From positions 11,724-75,723 of the forward strand of contig JBDRQF010000007.1 in the NCBI GenBank assembly GCA_043826435.1: a stretch of DNA of 64,000 nucleotides, written 5' to 3'. How positions within the stretch are numbered: the stretch's first letter is position 1; the number at the start of each line of letters is the position of its first letter. Below the pieces are notes generated by a model. It saw only the letters and a program-made list of their open reading frames with translations, was not told the DNA's origin and did not search any database. The stretch is from Elusimicrobiota bacterium (GTDB lineage Bacteria; Elusimicrobiota; Endomicrobiia; CG1-02-37-114; JAHJSO01). The translations under genes were made by a program, and so were the position numbers. Shown piece by piece: positions 39,963-50,363 of the stretch.

Positions 39963-41061
39963 CCCTTTTTTGCCCGGGTTCTGTTGACGGTTTAGCAGAG
40001 GGGGAGGCGGGTGTTGCAGGCGTTGCGGGTATTGCAGGCGAAACGCCGGGAACGGCGGGTATTGCAGGCGTTGCGGGTATTGCGGGTGAAACACCGGGGA
40101 CGGCAGGCGTTGCGGGTGTTGCGGGCGAAACGCCCGGAATAGCAGGTAAATCCTTCCCTTCTTTTGGTTTGCCTTTCAGTTTATTCTTAATGTCATTGAT
40201 ATACGTTCTGGCCGTGTCGGTGTATTTACTGCCGGGGTAAAGGGTGATGAAATCCGAGAAGTGTTCCTGGGATTCTTTATAGAATTTAGGACCCTTCCGA
40301 TAGTAACTCTTTCCGAGAATAATGCGTGCATGAGGGGTCAGTATGCTGTTGGGCCGTTTAACGATGAACCTTCTCATCCTTTTTATCGCATCGTCGGGGT
40401 CATTTCTTTGATAGGAAATCGCAGCGAGTTTATATTCGCACAATTCTGCAAGCGGCGTATCGGGATTTTCGTTTGAGATTTCTTCAAACGTTTGTTGCGC
40501 GTTTTCCAGTTCACCGAGTGAAAGCTGTGTTTCTGCAAGGAAGAATTGCATCTCCGCTGGGCCGACTACCATTAAACCCGACGTACCGGGAGGGCCCTGA
40601 GGACCTGTAAAGCCCCTTTCTCCCTGTGGACCCTGCGGTCCCGGTGGGCCCGGAGGGCCCTGAGGACCTGGCGCGCCCTGTGAACCATGGAGTCCCGGGT
40701 AGCCAATCGGTCCTTGCGGTCCCTGAGGGCCCGGGTCACCTTTTTCACCCTTTTCGCCCTGTGGCCCCGGGTCGCCTTTTTCACCTTTTAGTCCGAGCGA
40801 TCCGATAGGTCCCTGCGGTCCTATTTCGCCCTTAGGCCCTTGAGGCCCGATGGGGCCCTGAATTCCCTGTGAACCCTGGTCGCCTTTATCACCCTTATCG
40901 CCCTGGGGACCATGCGGTCCCTGCGGTCCAGCCGGCCCGACTTCACCCTTTAACTCTTGTTGTACATAAACACCTAATGGTTCAAGAAAAATCCGTCCTG
41001 CAATAATAAGCGAACCGACGATGAATACTAAAACCAGTGATTTTATATTTTTTTTCATCAT
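39925..41061 (-). CDS. Membrane-anchored collagen-like protein with TPR (BamD/CpoB-like) domain and Pro/Ala-rich tail
   Basis: N-terminal hydrophobic helix, 42 consecutive GXY triplets, three TPR-like repeats, PAxPGVSPAxPAT repeats. Confidence 0.85.
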   Translation of the reverse strand: MMKKNIKSLVLVFIVGSLIIAGRIFLEPLGVYVQQELKGEVGPAGPQGPHGPQGDKGDKGDQGSQGIQGPIGPQGPKGEIGPQGPIGSLGLKGEKGDPGPQGEKGEKGDPGPQGPQGPIGYPGLHGSQGAPGPQGPPGPPGPQGPQGERGFTGPQGPPGTSGLMVVGPAEMQFFLAETQLSLGELENAQQTFEEISNENPDTPLAELCEYKLAAISYQRNDPDDAIKRMRRFIVKRPNSILTPHARIILGKSYYRKGPKFYKESQEHFSDFITLYPGSKYTDTARTYINDIKNKLKGKPKEGKDLPAIPGVSPATPATPAVPGVSPAIPATPAIPAVPGVSPAIPATPATPASPSAKPSTEPGQKRDDQREKGGQRKN

Positions 41062-41124
41062 ACCTTAACCCCCATTTGACCTGTCTTAATTCAACCCACC
41101 CATATTATAGCAAATTACGGGCTG

Positions 41125-42681
41125 CTACTTCCCAACGCAAAATTTTGAAAAAATCAGGTCCAGCATTTCCTCTGTCGTGGTTTCACCGATTATTTCGCCG
41201 AGACAATCAATCGCGGACCGGACATATATAACAACGAATTCGGGCGCATGTTTATTGTGTAAGGCGGACAGCGCTTCTTCTAATTGTTTCGCCGCCTTAA
41301 CGAGTGATTGTACCTGCCTGGCATTGGCGATTATAGAAGACGACGAAATATCCGGCGAACCCCCGGTGGAAACGCAGCCGCGGGGAGGATTTGATGTTTC
41401 CGCTGCGGGGCAGGTTGAAATTTTATAGATTGCATTTTCCAGTTCAGTAATCCCTTCGCCCGATAATGCCGAACATTGCACGGTGCAGTCCGCTGAAATT
41501 TCCCTGCTGATTTTTTTGAAGATGTCCCCGCCACTTTTTGTAACGGGTTTTATGTCCGTTTTATTCAGAACGAGAATAACCTTTTCGGTGTTTGCGGCAT
41601 TGATGAGTTTGGTTACGAGCTCGTCTTCTTCGGAAGCCCCCTGCGAGGCATCCATCACGAACAGAACGATGTCCGATTTTTCTATTGCCGACTGCGTTCT
41701 TTCCGATGACAGGTATTCAAGGCGGGACGAATAGTGCGAACGAATCCCGGCCGTATCCATTATTGTTACGGGTATGCCGTTTAGATTGAATGTCTCTGAA
41801 ACCACATCCCTTGTTGTACCCGGCTCGGATGTTACGATAGAGCGGTCCTCCGAAAGGATTGAATTCAGCAGACTGGATTTCCCAACGTTCGGCCTGCCTA
41901 TAATTGAAACCCGGATGCCGTCCGTATAGACATTCGCTTTCTGTGATGCCTCAACGAGTTCCTGCAAATCCGTCCGTATGGACCGGATGGAGTTGAGGGT
42001 GTCCTGGGGGGTGGAAAATTGTATATCCTCTTCGGAATAATCCAGCGATACCTCCATGTCCGCAGTCAGGTTCAGGAGTTTGTTTCTGGTATCCTTTATT
42101 TTTTGTGAGAGGCGTCCTTTTATCCGGCTGGCAGCGATTGCGGCCGCCTTGTCGGTCCGCGCCCTTATAAGGTCGCAAACCGCCTCCGCCTGGGAGAGGT
42201 CTATCCTGCCGTTCATGAAAGCGCGTTTCGTGAATTCGCCCGGTTCAGCGATACGGGCGCCATGCTTCAGGCATAACTCAAGAATTTTTTTCAGGACGCC
42301 CTGCCCACCGTGGCAATTAATTTCAACGATGTGTTCCCTGGTATAGGTGCGTGGCGCATGCATTACGGTCAGCAGGACCTCGTCAATGACGGAAGATGAG
42401 CCGTTGGTATTTTCAACAATCCATCCGTAATGAATCGTATGGGATAGGAAACCGGACGGCCTTTCCGGTGATGAGCATGTTTCCGGCGAAAATTCCTGGT
42501 TTTGCGCATTATGTGTGTCCTGTGAGGGCTGTGAATCCACGGTATGTTTTATCTGGAAGATTTTGTCTGCAATGGACAACGAGGAACCACCACTCAGACG
42601 CACAATGCCTATACCTCCCTCCCCGGCGGGAGGCGTTGATATAGCCGCTATTGTGTCATCATGAATGTTTTTTGTCGCCAT
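41125..42681 (-). CDS. mnmE: tRNA modification GTPase MnmE
   Basis: DTIAAIST, GRPNVGKSS, GTTRD, DTAG, C-terminal FCVGK. Confidence 0.96.
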   Translation of the reverse strand: MATKNIHDDTIAAISTPPAGEGGIGIVRLSGGSSLSIADKIFQIKHTVDSQPSQDTHNAQNQEFSPETCSSPERPSGFLSHTIHYGWIVENTNGSSSVIDEVLLTVMHAPRTYTREHIVEINCHGGQGVLKKILELCLKHGARIAEPGEFTKRAFMNGRIDLSQAEAVCDLIRARTDKAAAIAASRIKGRLSQKIKDTRNKLLNLTADMEVSLDYSEEDIQFSTPQDTLNSIRSIRTDLQELVEASQKANVYTDGIRVSIIGRPNVGKSSLLNSILSEDRSIVTSEPGTTRDVVSETFNLNGIPVTIMDTAGIRSHYSSRLEYLSSERTQSAIEKSDIVLFVMDASQGASEEDELVTKLINAANTEKVILVLNKTDIKPVTKSGGDIFKKISREISADCTVQCSALSGEGITELENAIYKISTCPAAETSNPPRGCVSTGGSPDISSSSIIANARQVQSLVKAAKQLEEALSALHNKHAPEFVVIYVRSAIDCLGEIIGETTTEEMLDLIFSKFCVGK

Positions 42682-43447
42682 GTTTTTTTCTTATAACGAC
42701 CCTTCTTTCTATGCTCTCGCCTTCGGATACGGACTCAAACTCCACGGAGTCCTGTATGACCAGATGAATAAGACGGCGTTCGCGCGGCGTCATCGGGTTA
42801 AACCTGTACGGTTTGCCGGTTCTCCCGACAATCTCCATCACCTTGTTTGTTTCTTCTACGATTTTTTCGTCGTGGTGCAGCCTGTAACGGTTTATGTCAA
42901 GGGATATCCTGGGTATAGAAGGTATGCTGATTTTGTCTTTGAACTGGCGTATAAGAATCGTCTGTAATATCGTTGCAAGCGCGGACAGGGTCCTGCCGTT
43001 CCGCCCTATCAACAGCGAGGCGATATCAGGTTCAGTGAAAGTAATTTCAATTTTCAGAACGCCTTCTGACGGCTCAACCGATATTGAAGGTTTCTCCGGA
43101 GTTATTTTCATATTCCTTATAATTTCCGAGGCATGATGAATCAGCAATTTTTCAATCTCTTTCATTACCTTGTCGTCAGGGGGCTGCGGCATGGAGTCAT
43201 GCGCCGGTAAGGGTTCTGTACCGGCGACTGGCGACCCATGGGGCTCCGTGCCTTTTAACTGGAGACGCACCCTTGCCGGTTTTGCGCCCCTCAGCCCGAA
43301 CAGTCCCGAGGTGCCCTCGTCCAGAATTTTTACATCAACCGATTCCTTGCCGACGTTGAGAGCCTCAAGCCCCTTCAGTATCGCGGACTCTACATTTTTG
43401 GCTTCAACCTCAATTGATTGTTTATCTGTTGCTTCATTTTTTTTCAC
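42659..43447 (-). CDS. jag: Jag/KhpB (EloR) RNA-binding protein
   Basis: Jag-N GLFGL, KH LIGRNGRTL, R3H ERRLIH. Confidence 0.88.
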   Translation of the reverse strand: MKKNEATDKQSIEVEAKNVESAILKGLEALNVGKESVDVKILDEGTSGLFGLRGAKPARVRLQLKGTEPHGSPVAGTEPLPAHDSMPQPPDDKVMKEIEKLLIHHASEIIRNMKITPEKPSISVEPSEGVLKIEITFTEPDIASLLIGRNGRTLSALATILQTILIRQFKDKISIPSIPRISLDINRYRLHHDEKIVEETNKVMEIVGRTGKPYRFNPMTPRERRLIHLVIQDSVEFESVSEGESIERRVVIRKKHGDKKHS

Positions 43448-45147
43448 TGTGCTTCCTCCTTTAAAATTTCCCGTGTTGTAATATGTGTTTCCGGCTTACT
43501 CTTGAAAAGGGACGTCTGGGCCAATATACTGAATATACTGTTTATTGTCCAGTAGAGTACAAGCCCGCTTGAAAAATTCCAGAAGATGAAAGTGAACATT
43601 ACGGGCATAAGGTATGTCATTGTTTTTTGCGTTGAGTCCGTCCCCATGCCGGACAACCTCTGCTGGAAGTACATTGCGGCGCCCATGAGTAACGGCAGGA
43701 CCCGGATAGGCAGCCCGCTTACTGTGAGGAGTAAATCCGGGGAAGACAGGTCCTTTATCCATAAGATAAAAGGCGCCATTCTGAGTTCATAGGCGTTGTT
43801 AAGCGTTGTGAAGAGCGCCCAGAAAATAGGTATTTGCAATATCATCGGGAGGCATCCGCCCAGAGGGTTCACCTTATGACTGCGGTATAGATTGAGCATC
43901 TCGGCGCTTAGCCGGCGCTGGTCCGTCTTGTACTTTTCCTGGAGTTCTTTCATTTTCGGTTGCAGCGACCTCATTGCGGCTGACGCCTTGAAACTTTTTA
44001 TTGTAAGGGGTAGCAGTACAATCTGGAGTATTATTGTAAGGATTATTATAGCCATGCCGTAGTTGCCGGTTATGTTGTACAGGAAAAGGAGCCCGTTAAA
44101 CGCCAGCACTGACAGGGGGCTGAATAGCCCGAAATCAATTATCTTTTCCAGCCCGCCGCCAAGGGGTTTTAATTTATTGTATTGCTTCGGACCCAGGTAA
44201 AAAGGGACAGACAGGGAGGTTTTTCCCGGCGGAGACAAGACGTCTGCGGACAAACTAACCTCATTAAGTTTGCTCGGGGACACATTGTCCTCAACGGATA
44301 TACCAAAAGGCGAATCCTCAAGGTTTAACATAATGCAGAAGTATCTATTGTGGATTCCCGCCCATAAAAAACTGCGCCCCGCATAATCGCCTTTTTTGAG
44401 TTTTGAGGAGGCATATGTTTTGCCCCGCGATTCTATGCCTATTGGTTTTGTAGCGGATAATTCCTGTTTTGCCCTGCTTGTGTCGCAACCGATGCCGGGC
44501 CCCAATGATACCACCTGTTCAATCCTTTTCGCTTTATTTCCCGTGTTTTTTATTTCAATGTCAAGTTTGTGGTAGTTGCTTTCATTCAGCGTAAATTTTT
44601 TCATGACAACGATATTTTTATCAAGGTTGCCTGAAAAGGTTACTTCACCGGGAGCGGAGGAAACGAGCCGGAAATCAATATCCGGGGACGTGGCGAAGAA
44701 TACTCCTGTATCCATAACAAGGTCGGTGCATAATTCCGGGGCCTTTTCTTCCTTAAGGACCCAGTGGATTATTGTTGCGTTGTGCGTATCAAATACAGCC
44801 CGGAATGTTTTTGTTTCAACCGTAAATTCCTGCGGAACCACTGTTGCCATTGTGTCCCGCTTAGAGGCATGCCTGGTGCCACGGACCGGGGAGTGTCCGG
44901 TGTCCTGCCTTGCGGTACGGATGTCCGCCGGGTGTTCCGCCGTCTTTTTGCCGGCAGCGTCACCGTTAATGTTCTGGCCGTTTTTCCCGAGTTCAACCCG
45001 GGCGTCCGCTGGCTGGGATGTCTGGGATTGTGTTGATGAAGGTGCCGGCTGTTTAAATAAAGGGGTATGCCGCGGGGCGGTAATAACCCACCACAAAACA
45101 ATTACAATAACGGACAACAATGTTGCAGTAAGGACGCGTTTTTCCAT
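43444..45147 (-). CDS. yidC: Membrane protein insertase YidC
   Basis: GNYGMAII, NPLGGCLP, LQIPIF, LWIKDLS; large periplasmic domain. Confidence 0.95.
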   Translation of the reverse strand: MEKRVLTATLLSVIVIVLWWVITAPRHTPLFKQPAPSSTQSQTSQPADARVELGKNGQNINGDAAGKKTAEHPADIRTARQDTGHSPVRGTRHASKRDTMATVVPQEFTVETKTFRAVFDTHNATIIHWVLKEEKAPELCTDLVMDTGVFFATSPDIDFRLVSSAPGEVTFSGNLDKNIVVMKKFTLNESNYHKLDIEIKNTGNKAKRIEQVVSLGPGIGCDTSRAKQELSATKPIGIESRGKTYASSKLKKGDYAGRSFLWAGIHNRYFCIMLNLEDSPFGISVEDNVSPSKLNEVSLSADVLSPPGKTSLSVPFYLGPKQYNKLKPLGGGLEKIIDFGLFSPLSVLAFNGLLFLYNITGNYGMAIIILTIILQIVLLPLTIKSFKASAAMRSLQPKMKELQEKYKTDQRRLSAEMLNLYRSHKVNPLGGCLPMILQIPIFWALFTTLNNAYELRMAPFILWIKDLSSPDLLLTVSGLPIRVLPLLMGAAMYFQQRLSGMGTDSTQKTMTYLMPVMFTFIFWNFSSGLVLYWTINSIFSILAQTSLFKSKPETHITTREILKEEAQ

Positions 45148-45189
45148 AGGTCAGCAAAATTAATCAAACCCGTTATAAATATGGTTTTC

Positions 45190-45441
45190 TTACATCTTAC
45201 GGGTATCAGGTGGGTCAAACCCGCCTTCAGAGAATGGGTGGCACCTTATCACTCTTCTCAACCCTAACATCAGTCCTTTTATCGCCCCGAAAGAGTCAAC
45301 CGCCTGATAAGTATATTCAGAACAGGTTGGGGTGAATCTACACCCGGCGGAAATCCCCGTAAGGGCGTGTACCCCTCCGGCCAGAACACCGGAGATTATT
45401 CTGTATAAAGAAATAATTTTTAAAACAATTAACCTTATCAT
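45190..45441 (-). CDS. yidD: Membrane insertion efficiency factor YidD
   Basis: [15 protein letters not shown]. Confidence 0.92.
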   Translation of the reverse strand: MIRLIVLKIISLYRIISGVLAGGVHALTGISAGCRFTPTCSEYTYQAVDSFGAIKGLMLGLRRVIRCHPFSEGGFDPPDTRKM

Positions 45442-45875
45442 TGTTCAAAATGTTTTGCCGTTACCGGCCCGGCACCTGCTGTTACGTTATGCTTCAGAAC
45501 ACCCGCTCTTTTCCACATGTCCAGAACGACTCTATTCAGGGAGTGAAAATCCAGCGGGACTGCCCCTATCCTGGGCAGAAAAACAATGTCAAGACAGGGC
45601 GACAGGTACATTTTATTCAGCCGGATAATCTCCCTGAGCAGTCGTTTTATTCTGTTACGCTTTGAGGCGTTCCCCAGTTTTTTTGTGACGACAATGCCGA
45701 ACCGTGAAGCGGAGTCGGTTATCTTAATGCCAGCGGGGGTACGGACGGGACGGTCGACAGAAAACATTATCAAAGCGGGGTGTTTAAAGACACGCCCTTT
45801 ATTAAAGACCCTTTTTATATCCTTATTGAGACGTAGTCGCTCATGCTTTCTAAAAGTAAGTTTAGGTATGCTCAC
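45438..45875 (-). CDS. rnpA: RNase P protein
   Basis: [20 protein letters not shown]. Confidence 0.92.
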   Translation of the reverse strand: MSIPKLTFRKHERLRLNKDIKRVFNKGRVFKHPALIMFSVDRPVRTPAGIKITDSASRFGIVVTKKLGNASKRNRIKRLLREIIRLNKMYLSPCLDIVFLPRIGAVPLDFHSLNRVVLDMWKRAGVLKHNVTAGAGPVTAKHFEQ

Positions 45876-45952
45876 TTTTCAGTTGTTCCGGAGCGCTCAC
45901 ATATCGCGCACGCCGATCCCCTGCGACTCATCCCACCGCCAGGCCAAGCAAA

Positions 45953-46090
45953 TCAGGCGCTTAATTTCCAGCGGCCTTTCTGACGCCTTCTCTTGATAGT
46001 CATTCTCCCTCCATGTTTTTTCATCCTTGAAAGGAATCCCATGACCCTTTTTCTGCGTCTGATATTCGGCTGAAAGGTATTTTTAGGCAT
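45953..46090 (-). CDS. rpmH: 50S ribosomal protein L34
   Basis: Not in ORF track; manual translation [45 protein letters not shown]. Confidence 0.95.
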   Translation of the reverse strand: MPKNTFQPNIRRRKRVMGFLSRMKKHGGRMTIKRRRQKGRWKLSA

Positions 46091-46095
46091 AACCC

Positions 46096-46175
46096 ATTAT
46101 ACAAATTAAAGGTACGAATGTCAAGGTTACAGTCAAGGTTCCCGTATTGACAATCGTCCGGCAATTTTGTAGAAT
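46096..46175. promoter_or_regulatory. Divergent consensus sigma70 promoters (rpmH and DUF3786 gene)
   Basis: Minus: TTGACA-17-TATAAT (46124-46096). Plus: TTGACA-17-TAGAAT (46147-46175). Confidence 0.8.
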
Positions 46176-46246
46176 ATCGTCAGGAAGAAATACGGCGGGT
46201 CAAAAAGAGCGAAACCCCGGGTTAATGCACACGCAGACGAACAAAC

Positions 46247-46798
46247 ATGGCTTATGAACTGGCGAAGACAAAAGCATTTTTGGGGATTAAAAAAGTTTCC
46301 GCTGAAAAACAATTCCGTTTGGCTTTTATGGCCGATGAATATGAAGTAAACATGGAGAACGAAACGGTTCTGTCCGTGTCCTGTAATGCGGCTGCGCCCG
46401 ACCATATTGTGTTACTGCTTCTGCACTACCTGAAGAAAAAGATTGAGGGGCTGCCGAGATTACAAAACGAGTGGATTAATTTCCGCCAGTTGCAGGGCGG
46501 CGACGGGTATTATCCCGTTTTTTATAAACGCGTAATAGAACCGGTTAAAAAGAAATACGGCAATTCGGTTGAAGGGTTTTTAGCCGGTATGGAGAAGTTC
46601 AATGCGAGGAAGTCGGACTACGGACAAAACAGCGTTATTATAGAGCCGTTTGAACGGGTGCCCGTGCTGGTAGCCCTGTGGCCGAAGACGGAAGAATTTT
46701 CCAGTGAAGCCAATGTCCTGTTTGACAGGTCAATAGAGCGGATACTTGATACGGAGAACGTTGTAATTCTTGCGGAAGTTATTGCTCATTTTATGTAG
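46247..46798 (+). CDS. DUF3786 family protein
   Basis: LLLHYL, WINFRQLQGG, PFERVPV..LW...EEF...ANVLFD. Confidence 0.75.
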   Translation: MAYELAKTKAFLGIKKVSAEKQFRLAFMADEYEVNMENETVLSVSCNAAAPDHIVLLLLHYLKKKIEGLPRLQNEWINFRQLQGGDGYYPVFYKRVIEPVKKKYGNSVEGFLAGMEKFNARKSDYGQNSVIIEPFERVPVLVALWPKTEEFSSEANVLFDRSIERILDTENVVILAEVIAHFM

Positions 46799-46824
46799 AT
46801 TTTATCAAAGGATGTATAAAAGGC

Positions 46825-46899
46825 GGCCCCATCGACTAGTGGTTAGGTCGGCGGCCTCTCAAGCCGTAAACACGGGTTCGAATCCCGTTGGGGCCACCA
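46825..46899 (+). tRNA. tRNA-Glu (anticodon CTC)
   Basis: GGCCCCA/TGGGGCC acceptor stem, GCGGC-CTCTCAA-GCCGT anticodon arm, GGTTCGAATCC T arm, encoded CCA. Confidence 0.95.
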
Positions 46900-46908
46900 A
46901 AACTTATC

Positions 46909-48168
46909 CTACCATCTCGGTTCCTTCAGTTTACAGGAGAGCAGTTCCGAATTGCGGTATTCCTTCTTGGAGTGTTTCCCCTTGACAGTGATTAGAATTA
47001 AACCCGTGTCAGGCGCATAATACTCATATTTGAACGTGCCGGGAATCGCAAGGTCCTCATATCTGATTTTCAAACAGTCATCAAAGACGCCTGCCTTGGC
47101 CGTTATGGACGCTCTGTTATCCACGATTGTCGCCCGGATTTTTCTGCCGTCGCGTTCGGTTACCCATGTGTTGCCTGTTTCAAACGGGTATTTAAGCAGG
47201 ACCGTGTATTGTGAAGACGTGGTGTCCGCCGAGGCGTATTCCCTCAGTTCAATACTGCTTTCGGTGTAGTATCTTATTACGGCGCTTACAGGTTTCCTGC
47301 CGGCAAAATATTTTTTCGTGATTTTAAAAACACCCTGCCGGGAAGCCCCCGTGGATTCGCTGCAGTGCCACTCTACCTGCATGTTTTTGCCGCCTGTTTC
47401 AGAATCCCCCTCCACCCATAAGTTGTCGTTCACCAGCGGGAAATAGTCGGGGCTGTTAAAGATTGCCGCCTTCGCCTTGTGGACAATCTGCGTCGCTTCG
47501 GGGTATTTTTTTATAAGTTCAAAAAATATATCGGTGCTCTTTGCGTATAGTTTGAATTTTATCTGACATAACTTCCCTGCGCGGTAGAGAGATTCTACTG
47601 CCGATGGATGGTCCGGGTTTGTTTCGGCGATGCGCAGATATTTCATCAGGGCTTCGTTGTATTGGCCCTTTTTTTCAAGGGCTTTTGCCCGGTTGAACTG
47701 GTAGTTCGGGCCGCAGGCGGTCAGATAAAAACAGCATAATACAAGGAGGCTGAAAAGAGCTGGGCCGTTGGCCGGTTTAATTTTCCACTTTTTTCTTATT
47801 TTTATTGCCGTCAGGGCGAGCAGGATGCCGGCGGAATCAAAAAACACGTCCCGTGCCGACGGGATTCTGCCTGGAACGAAATACTGGTGGTATTCGTCGG
47901 AAACGGCATACAGGAAACTCAGAAAGAATGCCCAGAAACTCACGGATAAAACGGTTCCCTCCCTCTTACCGACACTCCCGTCAAGTGCGCGGTACATGAA
48001 CGCCCCGAGTAAGCCGAATTCAAAAATATGTGCCATCTTTCTCAGTATCAAATCCCATACACCGATTGATTCAATTTTTAAGTCCGGGATGCCCGACAAG
48101 AAATAAATCACCCCGCACCACAAAATAACAGGAGACCACAGCGAGGAATATCTAATGAAGGGTTTCAT
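46909..48168 (-). CDS. VanZ-family membrane domain fused to TPR and a beta-rich C-terminal domain
   Basis: RKMAHIFEFG, AVSDEYHQYFVPGR; internal LTAC; TPRs; EYYAPDTGLI. Confidence 0.75.
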   Translation of the reverse strand: MKPFIRYSSLWSPVILWCGVIYFLSGIPDLKIESIGVWDLILRKMAHIFEFGLLGAFMYRALDGSVGKREGTVLSVSFWAFFLSFLYAVSDEYHQYFVPGRIPSARDVFFDSAGILLALTAIKIRKKWKIKPANGPALFSLLVLCCFYLTACGPNYQFNRAKALEKKGQYNEALMKYLRIAETNPDHPSAVESLYRAGKLCQIKFKLYAKSTDIFFELIKKYPEATQIVHKAKAAIFNSPDYFPLVNDNLWVEGDSETGGKNMQVEWHCSESTGASRQGVFKITKKYFAGRKPVSAVIRYYTESSIELREYASADTTSSQYTVLLKYPFETGNTWVTERDGRKIRATIVDNRASITAKAGVFDDCLKIRYEDLAIPGTFKYEYYAPDTGLILITVKGKHSKKEYRNSELLSCKLKEPRW

Positions 48169-48839
48169 ATTATGTCGTTCTCCTTAAAACTGTAATAATC
48201 GTTTTCTGTTACGACTATGTGGTCAACAATCTCTATCCCGAGAATTTTTCCTGATTCAATAAGACGGGACGTAAGTTCCCTGTCGTCATTGGACGGGTTG
48301 GCGTTGCCTGACGGGTGGTTGTGGCTTAAGACAATGCTGCAGGCCCTGTGTTCAAGGGCAGGGGCGAATACCTCCCTCGGGTGGACCAGCGATGCGTCCA
48401 GTATGCCTATTGATATGAACTCCCTGTGCAGGAGTTCGTTCCGCGCATTAAGATAAAGGGCCACAAAGTGTTCTTTTTTTCTGGCGCGGATTTCATTTAT
48501 CTGTGCGATAGATTCTTTCGGGTTTGAAATGACTATCCTGTTTGAATTGTTCATCAGCCGTTTTGCAAGTTCATAGCCAGCCAGGATTGTCGCTGCCTTT
48601 GACCTGCCCAGTCCCTTTATTTTGCTAAGATGACTGTATGACATTTCAAAGAGGGATTTTTCCGGATATTTTTTGAACAGATACTGGGAGAGTGGTTCAA
48701 CACCCCTGCCCTTGTAGCCGGTGCGGAGCAACAGGGCGAGCAATTCGGCATTTTGAAGCCCTGCAGGACCTAACCGTTCAAGTTTTTCCCTCGGTCGTTC
48801 TTTCATTTTCAGCAGTCCCAGGCCGGCGTGCGAATTCAT
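48165..48839 (-). CDS. radC: RadC/JAB family protein
   Basis: ERPREKL, VHPREVF, HNHPSG, DHIVV. Confidence 0.92.
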   Translation of the reverse strand: MNSHAGLGLLKMKERPREKLERLGPAGLQNAELLALLLRTGYKGRGVEPLSQYLFKKYPEKSLFEMSYSHLSKIKGLGRSKAATILAGYELAKRLMNNSNRIVISNPKESIAQINEIRARKKEHFVALYLNARNELLHREFISIGILDASLVHPREVFAPALEHRACSIVLSHNHPSGNANPSNDDRELTSRLIESGKILGIEIVDHIVVTENDYYSFKENDII

Positions 48840-48866
48840 GGCGTTTCCGCACCTTCCCGTCCCGTT

Positions 48867-50363
48867 TTAAACAACGTGCCGTTCCTTTTGCCGGGACATT
48901 TCTTCCTCAAGTTCTTTTTTCTTCTCTTCATATCCGGGCCTGCCCAGCAAGGCATAAGTTAACTGTTTGCCAAGTTCTACCCCCGGCTGGTCAAAGGCGT
49001 TTATGTTGAATAGTTCGCCTGCATATGCAGTCGCCAGTTCAAGCATGTATATAAGTTGTCCTACCGTGTCTTCGTTTATTTCCTTCATGGCTATTGTACA
49101 GTTTGGTCTGCCCTGTTTTGTGAGTGCAAGCCGTGTTGCGGACTCTTCCGATTTAATAAGTTCATTCAGAGTGTGCCCGCCGAGATAGTGCTTTTTCCCG
49201 TCCGTTGGAATTTTTACAGACGGAATTTTTACACTCGCCCTGTATTTTTCCGATGACAGGAATGTAATAACTTTGTCGAAAGGTCCTTCAATGTAGAGTT
49301 GCGCCTGCGAGTGTTGGTCGGTAGCACCGACTGCCTTCACTGGTGTCGGTCCTATATTTACGACCTCGCCGGAGTTGTTTAATTTTTTGCCCAAACTTTC
49401 GGCCCAGAGTTGCCTGAACCAGTCGGCGATACCGTAGAGGGCGTTTGAGTAAGGCATCATAACATTTATTCTTTTGCCTTTCTGGTAAAGGAGCCACTGG
49501 ACGGCCGCGTACACAAGCGCAGGGTTATTGTATGAAGATGCCCCGCTATGGTCAGCCCCGGCTGTTCTGCTCGCGGCGGGTTCCATTGCGGCTGAACACC
49601 TGTCCGCCATACGAGCTGCGCCTGTTAGCAGTTTTTCAATGTCTATCCCGGTAAACGCAGCGGATACAAGTCCTACGGGTGAAAGCACAGAGAATCTCCC
49701 GCCGACATTCCGCGGTATCTCAAACGAGGCAATCGCTTCGCCTTTATTGACGAGTTCCCGCAGGAATCCCTTTTCTTTGTCTGTCGTGATTATTATGTGT
49801 TTGGGATATTTTTTGAATCCGACACGCTTTATGAGTTTGTCCCGTATTACAAAAAAGTTAGCGAGACATTCGGCGGTTGTGCCTGATTTGGATATTACAT
49901 TGACGAGCGTTTTTTTGAGGTCAATTGCATCCAGCAGTCCTGCAATGAGTTCAGGGTCAACGTTGTCCGGGACAAAAAGACGCAACCAGCCCTTCCGGGA
50001 TACCCGGTTGCCTGTGGATTTTTTCCCGAGCAGGTTCCACTGCGGATGATTGAGCGACTGCTGGAGGGCGATATTTCCGAGCGCCGAGCCGCCTATGCCT
50101 ATCACTACGAAATTTTCGTATCCGCCACAGGTCCGCCGTGCGATTTCCTTTATTTTTTTTGCGTCCGGGATTTTATAGGGCAACTCCATGAAACCCAGAT
50201 TCCCGCCGGCTTTTTTTTCAGTTACGCTGTTGTGGGCAGATACAAGTTTATCCTCAAGTGTTTTTAGTTCTTCAAAAAATATACCCTGTTCTTTGTCATG
50301 CTTTCCGAGGACTTCATTCAGACAATTCGAATAATCAAGTTTGATATCATCCCTGTCTGCCAT
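48867..50363 (-). CDS. pgi: Glucose-6-phosphate isomerase
   Basis: GIGGS, SKSGTT, GGRFS, QLWAESLGK, FDQPGVE. Confidence 0.95.
   Translation of the reverse strand: MADRDDIKLDYSNCLNEVLGKHDKEQGIFFEELKTLEDKLVSAHNSVTEKKAGGNLGFMELPYKIPDAKKIKEIARRTCGGYENFVVIGIGGSALGNIALQQSLNHPQWNLLGKKSTGNRVSRKGWLRLFVPDNVDPELIAGLLDAIDLKKTLVNVISKSGTTAECLANFFVIRDKLIKRVGFKKYPKHIIITTDKEKGFLRELVNKGEAIASFEIPRNVGGRFSVLSPVGLVSAAFTGIDIEKLLTGAARMADRCSAAMEPAASRTAGADHSGASSYNNPALVYAAVQWLLYQKGKRINVMMPYSNALYGIADWFRQLWAESLGKKLNNSGEVVNIGPTPVKAVGATDQHSQAQLYIEGPFDKVITFLSSEKYRASVKIPSVKIPTDGKKHYLGGHTLNELIKSEESATRLALTKQGRPNCTIAMKEINEDTVGQLIYMLELATAYAGELFNINAFDQPGVELGKQLTYALLGRPGYEEKKKELEEEMSRQKERHVV

Noticed and set aside
39963..40094. 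YPQRLQ-repeat N-terminal extension of RsmA in the ORF track
   Set aside because: Alternative-frame reading of the Pro/Ala repeats of the upstream collagen-TPR gene.
46825..46910. tRNA-Glu as an integration site
   Set aside because: No integrase and no duplicated tRNA 3' end seen in the window.
48165..48839. radC as a mobile-element marker
   Set aside because: Full-length chromosomal type in a housekeeping context, with no mobility genes nearby.
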